A program made the position numbers and the translations under genes. The notes beneath the pieces were generated by a model. It searched no databases. It saw only the letters and a program-made list of their open reading frames with translations, and had not been told where the DNA came from. A stretch of 64,000 nt of DNA from Gemmatimonadota bacterium (lineage in GTDB: Bacteria; Gemmatimonadota; Gemmatimonadetes; Gemmatimonadales; GWC2-71-9), in NCBI GenBank assembly GCA_039588295.1, contig JBDHAB010000001.1:224001-288000 (forward strand). The letters are read 5' to 3'. This document shows positions 17,370 to 25,446 of this stretch, piece by piece; within the stretch, counting starts at the first letter, position 1; each line of letters opens with the position of its first letter.

Positions 17370-18037
17370 GCTTCGACTGGGCGCACGCACTCGGGACCGT
17401 CGTTGTGCGGGCTGTTTACGAAGGTGCTGACTGGATGCGCGGCCATCTCGCTCGCGGGATACGGCCTGAGGAGATCACGGAGATGCTCAACGTCTTGGTT
17501 GGCCGGATCGAGCCACGCGTCATAATGCTGTTGGAGTAAGATCACCGGCATGCGATTGTGAATCGGCTGGAGCAGCTCGTTGGGCTCGGTCGTGATGATC
17601 GTAAACGTCTCGATCGGGCGGTGCCCCTCGTCGCTCCAGCGTTCCCACAGTCCGGCAAAGGCGAATACACCGCCGTCGTGCAGACGGAGGTAGTATGGCT
17701 GCTTGCCGTGATCGGTCTTCATCCACTCGTAGAACCCGTCCGTGGGGATCAGACATCGTCGGTACCTGTACGCCGCCTCGAAGGCCGGTTTCTCCGACAG
17801 GGTCTCCGCCCTCGCGTTGATCAGGCGGTTGCCGATGGTGGGGTTCTTGGCCCAAGAGGGAATGAGCCCCCATCGGAGCAGGTGGAGCCGCCGCTCACCC
17901 GAGGGACGCTGACGCACGGTGGCGGCGTCCTGTGTGGGCGCGAGGTTGTAGCGCGGCGGCAGGGCGGGAACGTTCAGGAGTTTGAACACTTCCCGATCGA
18001 GGTCAGCAATCTGTGCCTGCGTGAATCGGCCGCACAT
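17366..18037 (-). CDS. SRAP/YedK (HMCES-like) SOS response-associated peptidase
   Basis: MCGRF N-terminus, RYNLAPTQ, WGLIP, INARAET, GFYEW, HNRMP. Confidence 0.95.
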   Translation of the reverse strand: MCGRFTQAQIADLDREVFKLLNVPALPPRYNLAPTQDAATVRQRPSGERRLHLLRWGLIPSWAKNPTIGNRLINARAETLSEKPAFEAAYRYRRCLIPTDGFYEWMKTDHGKQPYYLRLHDGGVFAFAGLWERWSDEGHRPIETFTIITTEPNELLQPIHNRMPVILLQQHYDAWLDPANQDVEHLRDLLRPYPASEMAAHPVSTFVNSPHNDGPECVRPVEA

Positions 18038-18146
18038 GGAAAGGAATCAACTTTTCAACCAGGTGACTTCCAAGATACTGCCCCAGTTTGCCCCCGGCGA
18101 ACGCACCGCGCAAATTCGACTGTCCCGTCTCAGCTTGGAGTGACGC

Positions 18147-19121
18147 ATGCGATGCTATCGGCTGCTCTTCCCGCTCTTCCTCATGGCGGTCCCCGTCTTC
18201 CAGCTCGGTGCTCAGGACACGGTGCGATTCACGCCCACGGTTGGATACTCGACGTTTGCCGTGCGTGAGCCCGTGCTGCGGATCGAGCCGGGATCCGTCT
18301 TGATCTCCAACACGAATTTCGGCGGTTACTACACGGAGGAGGGCGGTGCCTTCCCCGGAGAAGTTGGGCCGATTTACGTCGAGGGGGCGACCACCGACGA
18401 TATGCTGGTCGTGAAGATCCACTCGGTGCGGCCGAACCACGATCTCGCTGCGTCGCGGCTGTACGCGAACTTCGGTGGCCTGACCCAAGATCGGTGGGTA
18501 CGCACGCTCAACGACCCCGCGCCCGAGCGGCGTTACGTGTGGAGGCTGGACACCGAGCGCATGGTGGCGCGCACCCGGCTGCAAGGCAGCGCGATCGAGG
18601 AAATCGAGATCGATCTTCGTCCCATGCTGGGGCGCGTTGCGGTGGCGCCGAGAGGCAGCGAGGCGTTCGGTGGTCTCTGGCCGGGCGACTTCGGTGGCAA
18701 CATGGATGCCGTGGAGGTCCGGGAAGGCACGACGGTGTACCTCCCCATCTTCCATGACGGAGCCTATTTCTACTTCGGCGACGGCCACGCGCGGCAGGGC
18801 CACGGTGAGGTTTCGGGCACCGGCCTCGAGACGTCGATGGACGTCGTGCTCGAGATCGATCTCATCAAGGGCGAGCGCATCGACTGGCCACGCCTCGAGG
18901 ACGACGAGTACATCATGGTCGCGGGGAGTGCGCGGCCGCTCATCGACGCGTTTCGGATCGCCCACGTGGAGCTCGTGGAATGGCTCGCGGAGTACGGCTT
19001 CGAGCGCTGGGATGCGTACATGCTGCTGGGCCAACTGGCCGAGAGCTCTGTCGCCAACATCGTCGATCCGGCGTACACGGTCGTGGCGAAGTTTCCCAAG
19101 CGATACCTCCCTGAGCAGTAG
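18147..19121 (+). CDS. Acetamidase/formamidase family protein with signal peptide
   Basis: GPIYVEGA, GGNMD, GDGHARQGHGEVSGTGLE. Confidence 0.88.
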   Translation: MRCYRLLFPLFLMAVPVFQLGAQDTVRFTPTVGYSTFAVREPVLRIEPGSVLISNTNFGGYYTEEGGAFPGEVGPIYVEGATTDDMLVVKIHSVRPNHDLAASRLYANFGGLTQDRWVRTLNDPAPERRYVWRLDTERMVARTRLQGSAIEEIEIDLRPMLGRVAVAPRGSEAFGGLWPGDFGGNMDAVEVREGTTVYLPIFHDGAYFYFGDGHARQGHGEVSGTGLETSMDVVLEIDLIKGERIDWPRLEDDEYIMVAGSARPLIDAFRIAHVELVEWLAEYGFERWDAYMLLGQLAESSVANIVDPAYTVVAKFPKRYLPEQ

Positions 19122-19174
19122 ACCGGCTCAGGGCACCACCTATCTCGTTGCTGTCAAAGGTGATAGACGAGCCC

Positions 19175-19220
19175 TTGACACATCCGACCCACAATGCTAC
19201 TGTGTTGGTAGACCAATACA
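19175..19220 (+). promoter_or_regulatory. sigma70 promoter overlapped by a GntR/YtrA-type palindromic operator
   Basis: TTGACA-17-TACTGT with extended TG; near-palindrome TGTGTTGGTAGACCAATACA at 19201-19220. Confidence 0.75.
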
Positions 19221-19228
19221 CTTATCAG

Positions 19229-19609
19229 ATGTTCAGCCAGATCGATCCCCGCAGCCCGACGCCGCTGTACGACCAGATTGCCTCGCGCATTCGGGTCGCC
19301 GTGGCGGCCGGTGAACTGCACTCCGGTGACGCACTGCCTTCCGTGCGCCAGCTGGCGAGCCAGCTGCGCGTGAATCCCGCCACGGTGGTGCAAGCCTACC
19401 GAACGCTCGAGTCAGAAGGGTTCGTCGAGATGCGCCAGGGGTCCGGAACGTTCATCCGAGAAATCGGTTCCAGTCGACGCGCGGAGGAGCGCGTGGAGCA
19501 GGCGCGCAAGATCGTGCGGAGGATGTTGACCGATGCGGCGCGGCGCGGCCTTTCTGCGCGTGAGGTGGAGCGGGCGTTCAAGACCGAGTTGGGTTCGGAG
19601 GTGTCATGA
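19229..19609 (+). CDS. GntR family (YtrA subfamily) regulator
   Basis: PLYDQI...LPSVRQLA..L.VNPATV..AY..LE.EG; short C-terminus; precedes an ABC ATPase. Confidence 0.93.
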   Translation: MFSQIDPRSPTPLYDQIASRIRVAVAAGELHSGDALPSVRQLASQLRVNPATVVQAYRTLESEGFVEMRQGSGTFIREIGSSRRAEERVEQARKIVRRMLTDAARRGLSAREVERAFKTELGSEVS

Positions 19610-20508
19610 GCAGCGCGATCGAAACGCGTGGCGTGCACGCCCGTCTCGGCAAGACGTTCGAGATCCGGGAGCTGTCGCTCAACGTGCCGACCGGATCGAT
19701 CTACGGGTTCTTGGGTCCCAACGGTTCGGGCAAGACCACGACCATCCGGCTCGTGCTGGGACTGTTGCGAGCGAGACGGGGAACCATCACCGTGCTGGGC
19801 CGCACGATTCCGGCCGACACACCGCGGGTGTTGGCCCGTACCGGCTACGTTCCCGAGCGGCCGCATCTCTATACCGGACTCACGATTGGCGAGGCCATCC
19901 GCTACCACGCGGCGTTCTACTCGACGTGGGATGCGCGCCGGGCGCAAGAACTGGAGCGCCGGTTCACCCTCAATCGATCGCTTCGTCTCGGGCGGCTCTC
20001 GAAGGGCGAGACGGGCAAGCTCATGATGCTCCTCGCCCTGGCGCAGAACCCCGACCTCCTCGTGCTGGATGAACCAACCGACGGGCTCGACCCCGTGGTG
20101 CGCCGCGACGTGCTGTCGGCGCTGTTGGACTACGTGTCCCAACGGGATGCGACGGTGTTCGTCTCGAGCCATCTCGTGCATGAACTCGAGCGCGTGTGTG
20201 ACTGGATCGGAGTGATGGATAACGGACGCATGGTTGCCGAAATGCCGATGCAGACGTTCAAGAATGGCATCAAGCGGCTGCGGGTGGCCGAGGCCCCGTC
20301 GCTCGTGAGTGACACACCGTTCGTCCTGTTGGCACGAGAGCCCGGGGATGGCGTGAGCGCCGGTGAAGTTTGGGTGGTTCGAGGCTGGCAGACACCGATG
20401 AAGCAGTACTTCGATGGAATCGGAGCGACATTGCGCGAGGTGGTGGACTTGGACCTCGAGGAAGGCTTCGTCGAGCTGCTGCGCACGTTCCGGACGCCGA
20501 GCGCGTAG
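19606..20508 (+). CDS. ABC transporter ATP-binding protein (YtrB-like)
   Basis: GPNGSGKT, LSKGE, LDEPTDGLD, SSH. Confidence 0.95.
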   Translation: MSSAIETRGVHARLGKTFEIRELSLNVPTGSIYGFLGPNGSGKTTTIRLVLGLLRARRGTITVLGRTIPADTPRVLARTGYVPERPHLYTGLTIGEAIRYHAAFYSTWDARRAQELERRFTLNRSLRLGRLSKGETGKLMMLLALAQNPDLLVLDEPTDGLDPVVRRDVLSALLDYVSQRDATVFVSSHLVHELERVCDWIGVMDNGRMVAEMPMQTFKNGIKRLRVAEAPSLVSDTPFVLLAREPGDGVSAGEVWVVRGWQTPMKQYFDGIGATLREVVDLDLEEGFVELLRTFRTPSA

Positions 20509-20519
20509 GGAGATCGCCG

Positions 20520-21176
20520 ATGTTCGCGCAAATACTGTACACGCAGTGGAAGTGGTCTGGAAAAGGGATCCTCCTCGCCGCGCTGGTCGCGTTTGCGCTC
20601 CCGATCCTCACCGTGCAAACGGCGGGCACGGCGGACCCGACGTGGCTCGACGCTCGGAGGCTGCTGGCGGAGATGGAGGGCTGGAGTCGCTGGTATCCGC
20701 TCCTCGCGCTGGCGATCGGACTCCTTGCCGGCACGACGGCATGGACCAATGACCACCGAATGAAGCACGTGTATGCGCTATCGCTACCGGTACCCCGGTG
20801 GCACTACGTCCTGCTGCGCTACGGTGGGGGGCTCGTGCTCCTCATCGCCCCGATCGCGCTCTTTGCGATTGGTGCGCTCGTCGCCAGCGCCACGGCGACG
20901 ATCCCGCCGGGGCTGCACGCGTATCCGGCTGCGATTGCCTTGCGGTTCGCCCTCGCGGTGCTTCTGGCCTACTCCATTCTCTTTGCGATCTCCGCAGGGA
21001 CGACCCGCACGGCGGGCTACGTACTGAGCATCGTCGGTGGGGTTGTGGTGTTGCAGCTCATGTTCGAGTTGTCCGGCGCGGGTGGGAACTTCGTGACGCC
21101 CCTGTTCGATCGCATGGTCACCTGGCCTGGACCGTTCGAGATCTTCTCGGGCCGCTGGATGCTGATCGATGTCTAG
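20520..21176 (+). CDS. ABC-2 type permease-like membrane protein
   Basis: Multiple TM helices; YALSLPVPR motif; operon context. Confidence 0.75.
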   Translation: MFAQILYTQWKWSGKGILLAALVAFALPILTVQTAGTADPTWLDARRLLAEMEGWSRWYPLLALAIGLLAGTTAWTNDHRMKHVYALSLPVPRWHYVLLRYGGGLVLLIAPIALFAIGALVASATATIPPGLHAYPAAIALRFALAVLLAYSILFAISAGTTRTAGYVLSIVGGVVVLQLMFELSGAGGNFVTPLFDRMVTWPGPFEIFSGRWMLIDV

Positions 21177-22260
21177 CGAGGCGCGACGGACAATTACGGT
21201 CGCGCTTGCGCTGGTGGTAAGCGCGGCTGCGTCGGTCCCGGTCAGCGCCCAGACGGTCGACGAGCATCGAACGCGCGTGGATCGACTGGCCGACCGGCTC
21301 GAAGCCCTGCGCACCCAGGTGCTGAGCGCCGAGTCTCAGGTGCCCTTGGACACCGTCGCCACGGGCCGGATTCATGTGGTGGCGCTGCCCGACCGCCGCA
21401 CGTTCACGCAGGACGTCGCGCGGCTCGTGTGGGACTCCCTGCGGATCACACTCCGCGCCGACACGTCACTCGTGACGGACCTGTATGTCTACCTGCACGA
21501 TGCCCGCGCCCCTCGCCTGAGCGTTGGCGATCTCAGGTCACACTTCATCGAAGAGGCCGCGACCACCGAAGTGGTCGCCGGCCAGTTGGTGGGGATGGCC
21601 ATGTCGGACCTATGGGCCGGGGCAGATGCGGATCTCCGGGGCTGGCTGGGTACGGTGTGGTCGTTCGATTCGTTGTCCAGCGTGCCCGCCGAGGTCGTGT
21701 ACAGGGAGCTGGTGATCGCGCCGTGGCAGGTGACGGATGCCTGTCGGCGGGGCGATCTCGCGTCGTGCCGACGTGTCTTGGGACTCGAGAGCACCGAGGA
21801 TTCGGTGTCCTACTGGTACACGCCGGAGGAGCAGCGGAGAGTCGTCGAACAATTCGATCGATACTCACCCGCACTCTGGCTTCGCACGATGCCAGCGTTT
21901 CAGGCATGCGTCGGAGGCACGGACGCGGCGTGTACCGAACTGCTCAACGAGCACTTCTACTTGATCAGGGCTCCTTTGTCCGCGAGCGCACGGGAGACCT
22001 TGCTGCGCCTTGCGCTCCAATACGGCGGAGAGGGTGCCCTGGGGCGACTCGTGGGTAGTGAGGGTCTTCGGCTCGACGAGCGGCTCGGCCGTGCCGCGGG
22101 AATCGCGGCGGACACACTGCTCGTTCGGTGGCGCGAGCGGATCCTGGCCGCGGCACCCGAACCGACGATTCTCACTCGCCGCTCGGGGTGGTTTGCGTTC
22201 CTGTGGGTCGTGGCGTTGGTGGTTCTCTCCGCGAGGAGCACGCGATGGCGCACCGACTGA
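21169..22260 (+). CDS. Exported, C-terminally anchored hypothetical protein
   Basis: Signal peptide, C-x3-D-x2-C motifs, C-terminal TM helix. Confidence 0.75.
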   Translation: MSSEARRTITVALALVVSAAASVPVSAQTVDEHRTRVDRLADRLEALRTQVLSAESQVPLDTVATGRIHVVALPDRRTFTQDVARLVWDSLRITLRADTSLVTDLYVYLHDARAPRLSVGDLRSHFIEEAATTEVVAGQLVGMAMSDLWAGADADLRGWLGTVWSFDSLSSVPAEVVYRELVIAPWQVTDACRRGDLASCRRVLGLESTEDSVSYWYTPEEQRRVVEQFDRYSPALWLRTMPAFQACVGGTDAACTELLNEHFYLIRAPLSASARETLLRLALQYGGEGALGRLVGSEGLRLDERLGRAAGIAADTLLVRWRERILAAAPEPTILTRRSGWFAFLWVVALVVLSARSTRWRTD

Positions 22261-23414
22261 GTCGATGGCTCATTGCGGTCGTTCTCGCCTGCGCGGCCGT
22301 CGCGGTGATCCTCCTGCCCCCGCACGCCCCCACGGACGAGAACGAGCGGATGCGGCTCCCTCCGTCTTGGGTGTATGGGCGCGCACAGCGGCAGTTGGGG
22401 CAGGCGGTCGAGATCCTGCGGCTCGCGCGTCTCGATCAGTCGTTAACGTCACGCGTCGGGCTCGAAGACACCGGCGGGGGCTTACCTGCCATCATCGTCG
22501 ATCCCAACGTCCCGTCGAGAATCGCGGACCTCCTCGACCACATCGTCGCCGCTTCATGGCAGCGGATTGTGCCGGTCGACTCGTCGATCGCCTTCGCGGT
22601 CGCAGTGTCGGTAGACACCATTCAGGTGGTGGAGGGCTATGAGAGAGAGGCGTGGTGGGGTACGCGGGTCTCCCACCTGCTGCCGGTGGAGCCGGACGAC
22701 CGAGACTGCGTGTCCGTTGCGAGCTTTGGCAGGAAGGACGCAAGGTCCTTCGCGAGCGGGCGTTCGTTGGACGGATGGGAAATGCAGTGGTTGCGTGAAA
22801 GCATCGTGGGCGCGTGTGGCTACTACGCGGTGTTCGGCAAGCCTGGCGACGGCATCGCCCGCTGGCTCGAGTCGTGGGAGTACTCACCGATTCTCTCAAC
22901 GTCGTGGTTGGCGGGCGAACAGCCTGGAGCGAGCCGCGACTGGCGCTTTCGGAACTTTCGCGGTCTCCACACCGAGTTCGTGGGCTGCGCGGCAGGTGAT
23001 CTCGCCAGGTGTCGGGCGGCGATGCACAGCACACCCGGAGAAGGACGGGTCTTCGTGCGTCGTGCGGACTTCACGCTTCCCGGTATGGTCGGCGCGGACC
23101 CGTACAGATCCCGATACCCGCCACGAGACGCGCTGGGGCCGGCGGCCGACCGCTACTTCGCCGACATGGTGGTCGAGTTCGGGCGAGACCGGTTTCGAGC
23201 GTTCTGGACCTCGGAGGCCGCAATCGAGGATGCGTTCGCGCAGGCGATGGGTGTTGCCCTGGACGAGTGGACTAGGCAGTGGGCGCGGACCTACATCGGC
23301 GTCCCGCAAACGGCCCGCAGTATTCCGCTTGGATCGACCCTGCTATCCCTCGTGATCGCAGGCGTGTTTGTCGGCGGTGCCGGGGTGCTCGCGTTGCGCC
23401 GGCAGGTGAGCTAG
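22245..23414 (+). CDS. Membrane-anchored hypothetical protein (paralog of the upstream gene)
   Basis: GAGGAG SD then ATG 22245; N- and C-terminal TM helices; CAAGDLARCR motif. Confidence 0.75.
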   Translation: MAHRLSRWLIAVVLACAAVAVILLPPHAPTDENERMRLPPSWVYGRAQRQLGQAVEILRLARLDQSLTSRVGLEDTGGGLPAIIVDPNVPSRIADLLDHIVAASWQRIVPVDSSIAFAVAVSVDTIQVVEGYEREAWWGTRVSHLLPVEPDDRDCVSVASFGRKDARSFASGRSLDGWEMQWLRESIVGACGYYAVFGKPGDGIARWLESWEYSPILSTSWLAGEQPGASRDWRFRNFRGLHTEFVGCAAGDLARCRAAMHSTPGEGRVFVRRADFTLPGMVGADPYRSRYPPRDALGPAADRYFADMVVEFGRDRFRAFWTSEAAIEDAFAQAMGVALDEWTRQWARTYIGVPQTARSIPLGSTLLSLVIAGVFVGGAGVLALRRQVS

Positions 23415-23436
23415 CCCGCGGCGCACCGCGAGCCCG

Positions 23437-25170
23437 TCAGGTTCGGCTCCGTGCGCATTCGTCCGCTTTTGCCAGGGCCACTTCGAGGTCCGTTCGCGAT
23501 TGAGCGATTCCCATCGCGGACGCTCGCTCGACCGCCACACGCAACGCTTCCATCACCGTTTCGGCCATTCGCAGCTCTCCGGTCATCGCTTGTCGTTTGA
23601 CTTGAATCTCGTCCTGGCTGCGTGCGAGTGACCGTGGCGATTCCAGCGTTCGGCTCCCGCTCTGTTCGTCCGACAGGTGGTCGAGTCGGCTGAGCTGTCG
23701 TGCAACGGAGCGAACTCGGGCAACCACCTGGTCGGCGGCAGCGACGATTGCCGGAAACTGCTCGCGCTCCGACCGCGGCATGTTCGCGACCAGCCCGGCG
23801 ATGACGGCGCGCTCGCTCCGTACGAGCTGGACGGAGTCCCCATGGACGCCGAATGCCCCCGATCGCGGCACGGGGGTGAGGGCCCCAGTGACCGGGTTCA
23901 CCGGGGTGGATGCTGGGTCGGGATGACCGCGCATGATGTCGCGCCATGCATAGCCGGCGGTCCACAGCCGCGCGTACATCGACGCGAGCGGCAGAGCGGA
24001 CAGCGCGGCAACGACCGGTGCAAAATCCAGGGAGCCGTTCAGCAGCAGATCGACCGCGAGGAGGCCCGAGTTCCCGATCACGAACAGGCCGAGCGCGCGG
24101 CGTAGCGAGGTGATCGGACTGGTAGGAGCCTTGGCGCTCGTGATCGCCGCCCGAATGCCGGACGTGAATACGGATGCAGCCGGTTGTGCGGTGTCCGGCC
24201 GGACAGCGGCGGTCAGTTGCGCCGCCGTCGCGAACCGATCGTCCGGCTCTTTGGCCAGGCAGCGTGCCACGACGGCCGCGAGGTCGGCCGGGCAATCCGG
24301 TCTCGCGAGTGTGACGAGCGGTGCCTCTTCAGTGACGAGTTTGACTACCAGTCCCTGGAGCGTCGACGCCTTGAAGGGCAGCTCGCCCGCGAGCATTTGG
24401 TAGACCACTACGCCGAGCGCGTACACGTCCGAGCGGCGGTCCACCTCACGTTCGCTGGCCTGTTCGGGACTCATGTAATCCGGTGTGCCGAGCAGAATGC
24501 CGGTTCCCGTCAGGGCGGTCCCCTCGGCTTCGGCTGCCCGCGCGATGCCAAGGTCCATCACGAGCACCCGCTGTTCGTCACCTTCGAGCATGATGTTGTC
24601 CGGCTTGATGTCGCGGTGGACCATGCCTGCTTCGTGTGCGTGATGCAGCGCACCAGAGGCCTCGAACGCGATCCGACGAATCTCTGAGATGGCCAGACGG
24701 CTCTCACGCCGAAGACGCTGCCCGAGCGTTTCTCCCTTGACCAGGGGCATCACGAAATACGCGAGCCCCTCATGCTCCCCTACCGAATAGATGGGGATGA
24801 TGTTGGGGTGGCGGAGCTGTGCCATCGCCTCGGCTTCCCGTTGAAACCGCTCGCGCACGATGTCACTGGCGCGGAGGTCGTAGCGAAGGGTCTTCACCGC
24901 TACCTCGCGCTTGAGCCTCAGATCCCTGGCAGCGTACACCTCGGCGAAGCCACCGCGGCCCAGCAGGGAGCCGAGCGCGTACTGGTCTCCGACGGCACGC
25001 TGCAGGTGGGCGCGGTGTTCCTCATGGGCGCGTTGCTGAGGGGTCAGAGCCGGAGTTGGAGCTGGCGCTTGCATGGCGTCGGGGCGTGGCGCTCCGCACT
25101 CGGGGCAGAACTTGCCCTGCCCAGGGAGTGTCGCCTGGCAGATGGGACAGCGTTCGAGGGCGTCGGTCAT
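23437..25170 (-). CDS. Hanks-type Ser/Thr kinase with N-terminal double zinc ribbon, TM pair and coiled coil
   Basis: CPIC/CPEC; GRGGFA, VAVK, HRDIKPDN, DLGIA, GTPDYMSPEQ. Confidence 0.93.
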   Translation of the reverse strand: MTDALERCPICQATLPGQGKFCPECGAPRPDAMQAPAPTPALTPQQRAHEEHRAHLQRAVGDQYALGSLLGRGGFAEVYAARDLRLKREVAVKTLRYDLRASDIVRERFQREAEAMAQLRHPNIIPIYSVGEHEGLAYFVMPLVKGETLGQRLRRESRLAISEIRRIAFEASGALHHAHEAGMVHRDIKPDNIMLEGDEQRVLVMDLGIARAAEAEGTALTGTGILLGTPDYMSPEQASEREVDRRSDVYALGVVVYQMLAGELPFKASTLQGLVVKLVTEEAPLVTLARPDCPADLAAVVARCLAKEPDDRFATAAQLTAAVRPDTAQPAASVFTSGIRAAITSAKAPTSPITSLRRALGLFVIGNSGLLAVDLLLNGSLDFAPVVAALSALPLASMYARLWTAGYAWRDIMRGHPDPASTPVNPVTGALTPVPRSGAFGVHGDSVQLVRSERAVIAGLVANMPRSEREQFPAIVAAADQVVARVRSVARQLSRLDHLSDEQSGSRTLESPRSLARSQDEIQVKRQAMTGELRMAETVMEALRVAVERASAMGIAQSRTDLEVALAKADECARSRT

Positions 25171-25316
25171 CGGTGTGCAGCAGTCCAAGCCTCAGGCAAT
25201 GTACGGCGCTGCCTTCGTGCCGCGAGATTCTCTATCGTACCCGGGTGGAGGCGATGGTGTTCGCCGGGTGCGAGGGCTTGAGAATGCCCCCCGGCGGGGC
25301 GAGCTTTGACGCAGTT

Positions 25317-25388
<72 letters not shown>

Positions 25389-25446
25389 CTGGACCCACCT
25401 CCTCTCGTCTCCTAGCTTAGCTCAGGACCAGACGGGAGTCGTCGTA

